A stretch of 64,000 bases of DNA from Eledone cirrhosa (GCA_964016885.1 OZ024748.1:5890001-5954000); one strand, 5' to 3'; positions 1 through 14,398 are shown, numbered from the stretch's first letter. Notes: generated from the letters alone by a model not told the origin. Numbers and translations: made by a program.

Positions 1-2186
1 TCAATAAATGCTCCCTTTGTGTTTATCATGGACACATAGTTACGTATGGTAAAATGGCCTGATGTGAGGAAGATTTGGTTGCTATTTCTAGCGTATAAAA
101 TCATCCTATGAAGAAGATATTTCTTACCATCTGAAATCTCTAGCATATGTATAGACTGCTGATTTACTTTCCCTTTATACTAATATACCGGTGTATAGGG
201 AAATAATGAAGATTACTGTGTGAATGCCAGGATAAAATGTTCCAGCACCGTTTCGTTCCGTTTTAACTAATCCGTTTCGGAATTTAATAACAACACTATA
301 CAATAATTTGTGGATTCTATATATTAAAATATATCTACTGCTAATAATCAGAATTTACCACACTGGTACGAGATTATTTTGTTGGAGGATTCCTCGTCGG
401 TTTCGACGGAGAGTATATAGTTGTGAAACTAACTTAATTCCTACTTGTGAAATAATTGTGTAAGCGTGACTGAATATTGCACAGGAACTTATAAGCTTGA
501 ATTAATAATTCTCAAGATGAATCTGTGTAACACAGTGACCAGGCTAAAACTTTCTAAATTAAATATATAATCCATAAACATATTGAGAAAATGAGTAAGA
601 GAGAGAGAAAGAAAGGGAAAAATCAACACCTGTATTTTACTGGTACTAAATGTATCGACTGTGAAATGATGAAAAACGAAAATGAACTCGGATTTGAAAT
701 CACAGCGCAAGGAGCCGAATGGTTATTATTCCATACTTTAACGGTTCCAGAAATCTTCCTCCTTGGGGAGAAAGTTAAAGTTCTTTGAATCAACCACATC
801 ACTGTTATCCATGTCGGGAATTTTATAGAAATATAAACGTAGGGAAATAGCAAAAAAAAAGGGAAAAATAAAATATGGGGCGAAAGAATGGGTGTATGAT
901 TTAGTGATAAAGCTGTAAGATTCTAGCAGGTTGTGAATTGGTGTTTCGATTTTAATCCCAGGTCTACCCTGATTTAAAACATGTATGATCAGCGGGCACT
1001 GCGACCATTCCGTCTATTCCTATATGAAAAAATCTAGTGAAAATGGTCGAAATGGAACTAACCACAAATATCCTTTTCTCAGAAAATGGAGACGGACTGG
1101 AACCACCCAAGGATTGACCCTTGGGAATTACTATATATTAAAATAGAAGAACAAAATAATGGAACATTTTTAATACATTTAAATACTAGTTGTAGCATGA
1201 ATATCGAACATGTAAAGATTTCCTCGATAGTGCGTGCCGCATGGCATTTACTCTGGCGCGATTCCAAAATAGCAACAGCGGCCTCAGTAGAAATATCAGC
1301 AACTTAGTAATAGTAGTAATAGTAGTGGTGGTAGTAGCAGCAGTAGCATTAGTGGTAGTAGTAGTAGTAGAAAATATTTATTTTTACGTAGTAGGCACTA
1401 AAAAAGTCACATATTTCATTTTAATATAATTTGTGAGTGATGGTGTTGGTGGTGTTGATGGTGGTGTTAAAGGATGGTATAGTCGATTAAATTCACCCTC
1501 AGTACTTGACTGGTACTTGACTTTAAACGACCCCCACAGGGGATCAAAGGTAAATTCGACCCCTGACGATATATACCTAAGAAAGTAAAGGGGACGTAAC
1601 TGTATACTGTTTAAGGTATTTAGATTTAGAGAATCGACACACACTAGCGATTCTCTTACAATATATTACCGCCAGAATATTGATAGTGGTGGTACGGATA
1701 ATAGTACTAGTAGCAGTAGTAGTGTAGTAGTAGCAGTAGTGGTGGCAGTAGTAGTATCAATAATAATGGTTTCTGATTTAGGCACAAGGCCAAGAAATTT
1801 GGGATAGGGATGTCGATTAAATCGACCCAATTTATTATATCGACATCTTTTGGATGATAGGCAAAGCTAATTTCTGTGGGATTTGAACTCAGAATGTAAA
1901 GAGATAAAGCTATCAGTAGCAAAGCTTGTTGTACAACGATCTACTGATAATGAAAATCCACTAAAAATAATAAGAAATAATGACTATGGATAAATCCAGA
2001 AGACATCTGGCAAAGCTAAGAGAATGAAAAAAATAAAATGTTTTCCAATAGTCTGGAAACGAACACACATACACAGCAGAGTGAAAAGGCCAAATATTTA
2101 TACATAATTCCACAGCCATACACACACAAACGCACATGTACCTCACAGATTTAATGTCCCTTTCTCTATATGTGAGTGTATCTATC

Positions 2187-2223
<37 letters not shown>

Positions 2224-2240
2224 GTATTTAATATAGAAAT

Positions 2241-2293
2241 GGCTTCTACAGGACTAGAACAGTTTCATTCGGAGGTAATCATCAGAAAAGCCC
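2241..2293 (-). ncRNA. Degenerate type I hammerhead motif, family A
   Basis: Minus strand reads gggcttt-t-CTGATGA-ttacctccgaat-GAAA-ctgttctagtcctg-TA-gaagcc; same family as 11924-11972. Confidence 0.55.
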
Positions 2294-2325
2294 GATTGAA
2301 CTCGGGATACACACACACACACATA

Positions 2326-2362
<37 letters not shown>

Positions 2363-2871
2363 TACACATTTTCCAGCGAAATTATCGCAGCGTTGACACA
2401 AATAGTTAAATAAAACAAATCCCAATGAAAAATTACACGAGAATAAATATGTAATCCGGATGTTTCTGCTTAATCCGGCTGTTTTTGCTATTGATGATTT
2501 TGAGGTTCTATTCCATGAGTGTTATAATTAATTTGTATTTATCATGAGATACTCACAGGTATTGTGTCGTATTCATAATTATATTGATTACTTTATATAT
2601 AGGGTTTCTAAAATTTAAGCTACATATAAAACTGCCCGCTCACACACACACATGTATGTATGTATCTCTTTCTCTTAATTTCGTGTATATTTTTTTTGAC
2701 CGGCCTCCTTCCTGGCGGCAAGGTTGTAAAAGAAATGTGTATGTATGTATGAATGTATAAATGTATGTATGTATGTATGTATGTATGTATGTATGTATGT
2801 ATGTATGTATGTATGTATGTATGTATGTATGGACGTGTGTGCAGACACGAGTGTTTTAGTGGGTGCATAAG

Positions 2872-2905
<34 letters not shown>

Positions 2906-3084
2906 TATGTATTTATACCCGTACGTATGTATATATATATATGTGTGTATATGCGTGTGTGCGGACACGAGTGTTTGTGTGCGTGCATAAGTTAATATAT
3001 ATATATATATATATATTTATAATTAAATATAAACAAGTATACATGTATGTATAATATTTCTATATGCATATATTTGTGGATTTC

Positions 3085-3180
3085 GAATGTCAGCAGTGAC
3101 AGAAAATATGCTACGATAACGTTGAACAAAATGTAATCCAAGTATTGGAATCTCGCTACAGGGCTTGTATGATTTATTAG
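3085..3180. promoter_or_regulatory. Candidate intronic Hox/Pbx/Meis element
   Basis: TGTCAG at 3088-3093 and TGACAG at 3097-3102 (TALE/Meis-type), TAATCC at 3134-3139 and TGATTTATT at 3170-3178 (Pbx-Hox composite), in a unique island between TA tracts. Confidence 0.35.
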
Positions 3181-3217
3181 GTTTTACATGATGTAGTGTA
3201 CATGTATCTAGGAAAGA

Positions 3218-3333
<116 letters not shown>

Positions 3334-3498
3334 AAAGTGCATATACTAATATTTGTATATATGTCTGTATACGTACATACTTCATATATAACTGGACTTA
3401 TGTATAAATATATGTGTGTGTGTGTGTGTATATATATATAACACTTTTATACTCAGCTATGTATTGAGTACATTACTTACTGATTCAACCCGGAATAA

Positions 3499-5495
<1,997 letters not shown>

Positions 5496-5681
5496 GTGTT
5501 TGTGTGTTAGTGAGTCTGGATATATTCATATACGTACATACATAAAATGCACAAAATGTGCAAATGTTCAAATATCAGAGACATGGAAACATTTTCAATG
5601 ATTAGGTATATAAATACCATATAGCATAATATATTCTAAGATAAAGCCTAAACCCTCACTTTAAATATAAATATGTATATA

Positions 5682-5756
<75 letters not shown>

Positions 5757-6287
5757 CAAAACATACTTACTTTTCATATATATATATATACATATACACA
5801 CACATACACGCATATACAGGGTGTACCGGAAAAATGTATACTCCTTTTGATTACCTTTAAAGGTAATATTTATTAGAAAGCTGTTGAAGTGTGTGTGCAT
5901 TTTTTTCTTGGAGACATGCTGGATAATAATAAACATTTACATATATATATATCTTTCTTTATATCACTGTACCGAATAAGATATGTTTGTAAATGTGTAT
6001 CTAAAGATATGTTGCTTTGCCATTTGCTATTTTCTTCTTTAAACATTTTCCTCTTTAAACATTCACTATTTTGAATCTCTTCTTACGATTAAATTGTATT
6101 TTTGTGTTGCTCTATCTCTAATAATTATATATGTGTGTCTCTGTTTGTCTATGAGTGTTAATGAATATAAACATAAAGGACTGGTGTCGAACATGCTAAG
6201 GCACCTTTCCTACTATATCAAGACTTAAGCGCATAATATTTATTGTACTCTTTTTTTTTGCCATTGTCATTTCCGTTTAATTTCTGC

Positions 6288-6366
<79 letters not shown>

Positions 6367-6393
6367 CAAGTGTGTGTGTGTCTCTGTGTGAAT

Positions 6394-6463
<70 letters not shown>

Positions 6464-6628
6464 TTTAATGTAGATATATTCTGTGAAGAACAGGTGCATA
6501 AAACAAATATTTCAAAAGTTTCTAAACATAAACATGTATGTATATAATCATAATCGGTGATTAAATGCTTAACGCATTTTGTTAAAACATTATTGTAATA
6601 TTGTTGGGAAGTAAATTATAGAGCCTAA

Positions 6629-6693
<65 letters not shown>

Positions 6694-6784
6694 ATGTAGG
6701 TTCAAATTTGGTTGTTTACCACTGGGTATAATTGGTCATTCTGCAATGTTAAATTCAACATATTTGGTCTCCTGTCATTTTACC

Positions 6785-6820
<36 letters not shown>

Positions 6821-6825
<5 letters not shown>

Positions 6826-6927
6826 GTTTCTACCTTTGGCACAAGGCCAGTAATTAACCAGTACATTACTGGTATTTTATTTTATCGACCCCGTAAGGAT
6901 GAAAGGCAAAGTTAACCTCGGCGGGAT
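6821..6927 (-). mobile_element. Major-family SINE, 3' half, between TA tracts
   Basis: taattgtttctacctttggcacaaggcc...ttatcgaccccgtaaggatgaaaggcaaagttaacctcggcgggat. Confidence 0.85.
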
Positions 6928-6943
6928 ATATATATATATAATG

Positions 6944-7272
6944 ATAATAATTAGGAAACAAAGAATCAGTGTTGCATCATATACGTTTTTAATCACATAT
7001 TACATATGTTTCACTGCCAATCAGCTCGAGGGACGATCGATTATGTTTGTTACTGATTCTGGAATCGAAAGCTCCTTAGAGATGTGCTTTCAGATGTAGA
7101 GGCCTTGAGCGTGAGTCAAAATGTGAAAGCTCATATCTAAGAAGCTTTCGATTCCAGAGTCACCAACGAACATAATCGATCGTTTCTCGAGCTTATCGGC
7201 AGTGAAACATATGTAATATGTGATTAAATATGTATATGATGCATCACGCATTCTTTGTTCCATAATTATTAT
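6944..7272. repeat. Long imperfect inverted repeat (fold-back element)
   Basis: Arms at about 6944-7095 and 7121-7272 are reverse complements (e.g. aatcacatattacatatgtttcactgcc / ggcagtgaaacatatgtaatatgtgatt). It follows a short TA run. Confidence 0.9.
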
Positions 7273-7371
7273 TGATACTCTGCTTGAGAGAACGCTATTC
7301 AATTGCACCTATACATATATATATTAATATATTTATATATATAAATAAACAAACACAGACACACGCACACG

Positions 7372-7408
<37 letters not shown>

Positions 7409-7527
7409 TAGATTTCTATCAATATATTGTTTACAAATTCTCATTGATTTACCTTCGATTATTTACCTGAAAATGTAGAAATGGAGACAGGCATGCAATT
7501 TCACCTCACTCTCGATATTTTCCTGAA

Positions 7528-7568
<41 letters not shown>

Positions 7569-8065
7569 GTATATATGTATTTATACATATGTATATATAT
7601 ATATATATAATGTATGTATATATATATATATATATATACATACATACATGCGTATATGTATCGATTCAAATGATTGAGAGAGAGAGAGACACAGATATAT
7701 ATATAAATATCTATCTATATATCTATATATATAGAGAGAGATAAAAAAAATGTATAAGGGAACAAAGTTATTATATATATATATACATATATATCTATAT
7801 ATATATATATATATATGTTGTCCGTATTTACACAAAGTTCTATACATTTGCATGCGCAATGTTTATGTATATGTACTAGCGGTGTGTATTGAAATAAAAT
7901 TAAATACAATTGACATGTCATCATGGTACGGTCCCTTCACCCATCAAAAATGTATTTATATTTATATATATTTATACATATTTTCTTTCTTTTCATGTAT
8001 GTGTATGTTATTGTTGGTTTTTCTTTGTGTGTGTTTGTGTGTATGTTTGTATATTGTTTACTTAC

Positions 8066-8666
8066 CTCCATTGACAGGTCTCATCCATGGGTATACAGGC
8101 ATTGATTGTTGATTCATGCCATTTACAAGTCCTGCGTTTGACGTTCCATAGCTTACTGGGTTACCGGGAGCTGAAGGACTGAGCTGCGGTGGTTGTAGCG
8201 TCGAACCGGGCGGTGGTCCTCCTACCCCACAGTTATCAGCAACGTTAACCACGGCTTTACAATGATTTAAGCTCCCGTCGTCGTATATCTGCGCTCCTCC
8301 GTTTGTATAGTGGTTCTGATATGACGACATTTGGTAACCCGGTCCGTTAAAACAGTAAGCGTTCGCTTTCGTGGTCATGTCGTGGTAAGGTGGGAACCGT
8401 GAATAACTGGAGAGCGGAAACGCTGCCGCTGCCGATTCGTGGTTTTCGTATGCAGAGATGTGATGGTGATGTTGAGGAGGTTGCTGTTGTTGTTGTGCTT
8501 GGTGATGTCCAGCCGACGATACGGCCGCCGCAACCGAAGTCTGAAAAGCTGGAGGGCCCGGCTCCATTTTCCCCTCCGGAGGCGTCGTGGAGTAAAAAAA
8601 TTCTCCCGGTGGGGTCCCAGTCGGCCCACTACTCGGTAATATGTTGCTGTTGTAATACGAACTCAT
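8066..8666 (-). CDS. Lox5: First coding exon of a central (Antp-class) Hox gene, most likely Lox5; homeobox exon outside the window
   Basis: ATG at 8666 opens MSSYY (Hox SSY(F/Y) N-terminal motif). The exon has Ala/Gln/His/Pro-rich tracts, an Antp/Lox5-type SRFPPY motif and the hexapeptide VYPWMR, then PVNG and a canonical donor G|GTAAGT (intron starts at 8065, phase 1). It is a GC-rich island in AT-rich DNA. YPWMRP, rather than YPWMRSQ (Antp), YPWMK (Dfd/Scr) or FYPWM (Lox2/4), favours Lox5. Hox identity is near certain; the paralogue is about 0.65-0.7. Confidence 0.9.
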
Positions 8667-9924
8667 ACCAAATAATTTGAATTATTATTACTATATATAT
8701 GTATATATGTATTTCTCTTTTCGTTTTTTTTTTTTACATTAAGAGAAACAAATCTCTTAATATTTTAATTTATATGTATTAAATATCATATATACATACA
8801 TATATATTTATATACATATACATATATCATATATCATATATATATACATATATTATGAATGTATATATTTATATATATACATATATATGTGTGTGTGTGT
8901 TATATAACACGCTTTTTTCTCCTTGATGTCGTTGTTGTTGTTGCTGCTGTCGAGGATGATTGTTGTAATGATGATGAATATGTTTGATATGATTATTATT
9001 AGGTTTCAACTTAGGGGTGGTTTCTATTACTACGTCATGTTCTTGTTATCGCTGTTGCTGTATTGTTTTGCTGTATCGTGTTTGTGTTTGCATTTATGAC
9101 GCGGTGCGTATATATGGGCGCTGTATATATTATTTGTGTCTGATTTTTTTCTTGATGTTATGTTCGAAGACTTAAATACATGTGTGGGTAATATATGTGT
9201 ATGTGTGTATATATACATGTATGCATGCGTATATAAGTTTGTTGTTTTTCTTTACTTATACTAAGATTTTATTATTATTATTTTTTTTTTATTTTCTGAC
9301 TTACGTTAATATTTATGCGTATAATAAATATAACAATATAAACCTAATTTTTTATATATGTATATATGCGTGGGTATATGTTTGTATATGTATGTTTGCG
9401 TGTATGCTGCGTTGTGAATTCCATTAAGTTGCATATGTGTCTTCCCTTGAAAGGGGTGGGGATGGATAATTTTCTACAAATATATTTATATGAGTGTATA
9501 AATTATATATATATATATATGTATATATAAACATACCTATGTATCTATGTCGGAGTTGGTATTTTCATTTAAGTATCATGTTTGCATGAAAAATATTGCT
9601 GTTAGTGTTGTTGATATATGATGGTGTTGTGTGTGTATGTATATATATGTATATATTCATACATATATATATATATGTGTGTGTGTGTGCGTGTATGTGT
9701 GTGTAAGTGGATGAATGTATATATATATATATATGTATGAATATATATATATATATGTATATCACACGGTTTTCGGATTCTTCAACGTTAAGCGTCTGAT
9801 CCGAACATAACCGGACTGGACTTTAAACCACCCCCGGTTTCACAGCGTTTCATAAACTATGTGTGTGTGCTCTGTCTATATTTTGTGTGTTTTAGTAGTC
9901 AGCCGATAGCTATGTAGCTAAGCC

Positions 9925-9970
9925 GAGGCACCCAATGCACGTGACTAACGCCTTCAGCCAATCAGCGGAG
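9925..9970 (-). promoter_or_regulatory. Probable proximal promoter: CCAAT - E-box (GTCACGTG) - CCAAT
   Basis: CCAAT at 9932-9936, CACGTGAC at 9938-9945 and a strong NF-Y consensus AGCCAATCAG at 9956-9965. These lie in a non-repetitive, CpG-containing island (about 9765-10020) about 1.3 kb upstream of the ATG. Confidence 0.6.
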
Positions 9971-10195
9971 TTTTCACAAACAGAAACTTATATCGCCTCT
10001 TAATTACATACAACACATTGCACAAGCCACTCTCTTTCCCTTTCTCTGTCGTTCTATCACACACACACTCTCTCTCTCTCTTTCTGATTGACAACCTGTC
10101 ACTTTCTATTTCATTCTCTCTCATATCTCTGGCTCTCTCTCTCTCGGTCTATGGCTATCTATCTCCTGCTTTCCTCTTGCTTTCACACACACACA

Positions 10196-10247
<52 letters not shown>

Positions 10248-10324
10248 CACTCAATCGCTAAACAAACACAGACACACACACACACATATATATATATATC
10301 CGTTTTTCCCTGTCTCGCTTTCTA

Positions 10325-10391
<67 letters not shown>

Positions 10392-10704
10392 TTCTATCTA
10401 TATCCCTCTCCCCGTCTCTCACCCCCTCTCTCTCTCTCTATCTATCTATCTATATCCCTCACCCCGTCTCTCACTCCCCCTCTTTCTCTCTCTCTCTATC
10501 TATCTATCTATATCCCTCACCCCCCTCTCTCTCTCTCTTTCTATCTATCTATCTATATCCCTCTCCCCGTCTCTCACTCTCGTTCTCTCTCTCTCTCTAT
10601 CTATCTCATTCCCAGTTCTGCCTTTATTTACAAAAGAACAACACGCCGTTAGTAAAGTTGGGAAACTTGTTTATAGAACGCTTATCGACACATACACACA
10701 TATG

Positions 10705-10740
<36 letters not shown>

Positions 10741-11078
10741 CTTTTTCCATCTTAAATCTTAAATTACGTGTATTTTCTCGGATATTATTCGCTTTGTATA
10801 TGTGTACAAAATACTTTGTTTTTCAAACTATATATGACACTTTCTTTCTCTAAATATATCTTACAACTTGTATTGTTGATGTTATGAATCAAAGTCCGTT
10901 GAGTTTATTTATTAAGAAACATCATTATTATACACATTAGATATGTATTTATACCTTAACATAGTATATAATATATATATATATAGGATAACAAGGTATT
11001 GTTTAAGGTTAGAGGTTAAAATAAAACCCTTTTGTACAGCCGAGCATGTTCTTCACTCTTTCTCTATATATATATATA

Positions 11079-11177
11079 CAGGTATCTCCAAAAATGTATA
11101 CACACTTCAACAGCATTCTTATAAATATTGCTTCTACAGGAAATCAAATTGTGTATACATTTTTCTGGAAAATCCTG
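11079..11177. mobile_element. About 100 bp Tc1/mariner-type MITE
   Basis: TA|CAGGtatctCCAAAAATGTATACACA ... TGTGTATACATTTTTcTGGaaaatCCTG|TA: imperfect terminal inverted repeats (TIRs) with a TA duplication. A related single TIR (tacagggtgtaccggaaaaatgtatac) occurs near 5815-5841. Confidence 0.7.
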
Positions 11178-11400
11178 TATATTATATTTGAATATATATA
11201 AAGATATGTATAATCCCGATCGCGGCGCCATTTTACATCTCCCCATGCATTGAGTACTCCCATGATTTGTGTTCTCTTCGGTCACAACACCACAGAGTTT
11301 CTATATATCACATGAGTATATAAATATATATTTAGGTGTATGTATATTAATAATATAATTATATAAATGAATACACTCTCATAGCCTGTATATATATATA

Positions 11401-11534
11401 GGAACAAGTTTAACCCCGACGGCAGAGCTCTGCCGTCGGGGTTAAACGTTTCCTATTATCCACTCTACTACACTAAGTATTGAGTAATCTGGTGCGTTAT
11501 GGTCCACCTGGTTCCTTGCCACACCTCCTTCGTT

Positions 11535-11535
<1 letters not shown>
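11401..11535. mobile_element. Family C (TA)n-associated element with a perfect 40-bp palindrome
   Basis: gtttaaccccgacggcagagctctgccgtcggggttaaac at 11408-11447. The body (ccactctactac..taagtat.gagta..ctgg...tatggtccacctggttcctt.ccacac) recurs at about 35105-35190 (reverse) and 47105-47200. The left part recurs at 20953-21000. Confidence 0.75.
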
Positions 11536-11602
<67 letters not shown>

Positions 11603-11697
11603 TATTCACTAACACTTATTTAATCAGTGACGCATCAGAAAGTTTACAACAAACACACACGCATATATATTTATGCATATATATATGTATATATAAG

Positions 11698-11765
<68 letters not shown>

Positions 11766-11767
<2 letters not shown>

Positions 11768-11975
11768 TACGTTATTCCGGGTTGAATCGGAGGTAACCAC
11801 AGTAAGTAAGGTACTCAATACATTGCATTGCAGAGTATAAAAGTTTTAATATAGATGAGATTCTTCAGGACTAGAACGGTTTCATTCTTTAGAAATCACC
11901 AGGAATCATTCAGGAATCATCGGGATTCCTGATGATTTCTAAAGAATGAAACAGTTGTAGTCCTGTAGAATCTCA

Positions 11976-11980
<5 letters not shown>
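11766..11980. mobile_element. Family A (TA)n-flanked element with internal inverted repeat and hammerhead motif
   Basis: Inverted arms at about 11850-11907 and 11924-11981, with TA tracts on both sides. Related copies at 2230-2310, 3440-3500, 12017-12152, 24360-24524 and 45611-45655. Confidence 0.8.
11924..11972 (+). ncRNA. Type I hammerhead ribozyme motif, family A
   Basis: gattc-CTGATGA-tttctaaagaat-GAAA-cag-ttgtagtc-ctg-TA-gaatc. Complete core, stem I gattc/gaatc, stem III cag/ctg, weak stem II; predicted cleavage after GUA at 11967. Confidence 0.75.
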
Positions 11981-12016
<36 letters not shown>

Positions 12017-12018
<2 letters not shown>

Positions 12019-12152
12019 GCTTCCTGATGATTTCTCCCGAATGAGACACTTCTAGTCCTGTATAAACCATTACTATATTAAATATTTATACCCTGCTATA
12101 TATTGAGTACCTTACTTACTGTGGTTACCCCCGATTGAACCCGGGATAAACT
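12017..12152 (+). mobile_element. Second family A copy with a decayed hammerhead
   Basis: gggcttc-CTGATGA-tttctcccgaat-GAGA-cacttctagtcctg-TA (GAAA mutated). Downstream sequence is the reverse complement of 11770-11850. Confidence 0.65.
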
Positions 12153-12660
12153 TATGTATTACCGAGAGATTGAGAGAGGTGCATGTATGTGTATGTATAA
12201 ATAAATATGATTATGATTTTGCATGCAAGCTTCTTAACTATGCGGCTTTTTACCTGATATACACACAACGAATTAATTGAAGTTTTGAGATTTGCCGTTA
12301 GGACTATGTTTGCTGCCTACAGCTTGCGAATTCCCACGCTACTTGTTCATTAAATGTACATAACAGGTAACCCCAGGTCTTTCCATATATGTATCAGGCA
12401 CTAGACATTCGATAAATACCAGCTAAATCTCTTCAGATCGCTTCTTAACCGCTTGAAAATGGTTGCATTCATTGAATTAGTTTCAAGTCCTGCTAAATTA
12501 TAGGTAAATATATATTGTCTTTGATCATAGCTTTGCTCAACCAAGGCAGAACTTGGGTGAAATAAGACATCTCTCCGAGTAAATTGAGCCATACCTCTTC
12601 CCAAAAAGATGAAACATGTCCCAAATATTTTTGTATGTTTGCATGTATACATGTATGTAC

Positions 12661-12747
<87 letters not shown>

Positions 12748-12779
12748 CGTGCGTGTCTGTACATTAATAATGTGTAATA

Positions 12780-12835
<56 letters not shown>

Positions 12836-13009
12836 GCATATATGACATAGTATGTTTTTTATATATATATATATATATACACATATATGACATATATATA
12901 TTTAATATATATATATATATATATATATTGAATATATATATATATATATTAGAAAGTGAGGTTTTTTTACAAAATGAAAAATAACCGAGGTGTCCTACAC
13001 GAGTGAAAC

Positions 13010-13267
13010 TATAAAGAAAAAAAGATGAAATCGAAAATGCAACTGGAGTCTTATTTTTATAAATATATATATATTTATTTGGTTCCTTTATCGGTTTCGT
13101 ATTTCTTCTGCTTTTCTCACATGTGAGAAAAACCACAGACCCTCCATCTCAACTCTACTTTTGAAAAGCAGAAGAACTGCGAAACCGGTAAAGGAACCAA
13201 ATAAATATATACATATTTAAAAAAAAATAAGACTCCAGTTGCATTTTCGATTTCATCTTTTTTTCTT

Positions 13268-13271
<4 letters not shown>
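13010..13271. repeat. Fold-back element, family B
   Basis: Arms at 13010-13116 and 13163-13271 (ataaagaaaaaaagatgaaatcgaaaatgcaactggagtcttatt / aataagactccagttgcattttcgatttcatctttttttctttat). It runs directly into (TA)n. Confidence 0.9.
13158..13193 (+). ncRNA. Minimal hammerhead motif with U3-A8 variant core, family B
   Basis: ctt-TTGAAAA-gcag-aagaa-ctgc-GAAA-ccgg-TA-aag. Stem I ctt/aag, stem II gcag/ctgc, palindromic CCGG in place of stem III. Confidence 0.65.
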
Positions 13272-13298
<27 letters not shown>

Positions 13299-13305
13299 GA
13301 CAGTA

Positions 13306-13377
<72 letters not shown>

Positions 13378-14398
13378 ATAGTAGTTTAAATGATGACAAA
13401 GCATTCATTGGTGGGACACAAGCTAGACAAAAATGATTCCTTGTAATGGGGGAATTTCTTCCAATATTAGATATCTTAATTTGGTGTTTAACTAATATTG
13501 TTTCTTAATTCTAGAAACTGCAATTAGGGAAACAATACGAATGGATCATTCTAATATTGGTTTGTTTAGCTTGTATCCCTTTCTTTTCTTTGATATTGTT
13601 GGAATTTCATTTGTTTGTATCTTCGTTGCATGGTGATCAATCTGTTGACTTTGCCTACGGTGGTGGTAGTGCCGGCGGTACTACTCTGTTCTTGTTAATG
13701 AAGGCGTGGGCTCTATTGGCTAAGGGGGCACGGTCATGATCGAAATGTCATGAGTTCGTTGTGTTCCGTTGAATTCCGTTGTATTCTTGAGCAAGGCATC
13801 TTATATTTCACCTTTCCTCAGTTTACTCGGCCTGCAAATGTGAGTGGTACCTCTAATTATAAGGAACATTATACTCGCATACAATTGTATAGGGAATATC
13901 ACTGAAAAATGCGTTCCGGATATTCGTGTTCGTGGAACGCTGAGCAACATGGAGGTTAATCCCATAGGGACAAGATGTTCCATTGATCAAACAACCGGAA
14001 CACAGGTCGTCGGAACCGATTGAGGACCAACAATAACAGCAACAAATCTAGGATTGTGTCTATATTACAAATCAATGAGATTCACCGACTGGTTCTAAGT
14101 GATATTCCAAATCTACGAACATAACAAGGTTTCTTTACTACGTTTATTTTTGTATTCTCACTCTTATAAGAATACAACATTTGAATCTTCACTCCATATA
14201 CTTCATAAAACTACAAAATGTAGTTTTATGAAGCTGCATTAGTGGCTCTATTGTCAAGGAGGTCGCTTTATAGTTAAGTGTTTGTGGATTCAATCCAACA
14301 ACGAGGCACTCTGTGTACGTGACTTCTAATATAGTCTCGCTTTGACGAATGGCATGTGAGTGTAATTTGGTAGACATAAACTGACTGCAAACGCCCAC

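Noticed and set aside
1560-1600. CTGACGA...GAAA hammerhead-like string (similar isolated CTGANGA at about 18382, 27469, 39513 and 60372)
   Set aside because: No pairable stems or correctly placed UH triplet; the 1560 case lies in a decayed SINE.
8058-8065. ORF-track C-terminus GK-stop of the Hox ORF
   Set aside because: These bases are the GTAAGT splice donor and intron start, not the real protein end.
8375-8680. Alternative-frame and antisense ORFs over the Hox exon
   Set aside because: By-products of the GC-rich coding exon.
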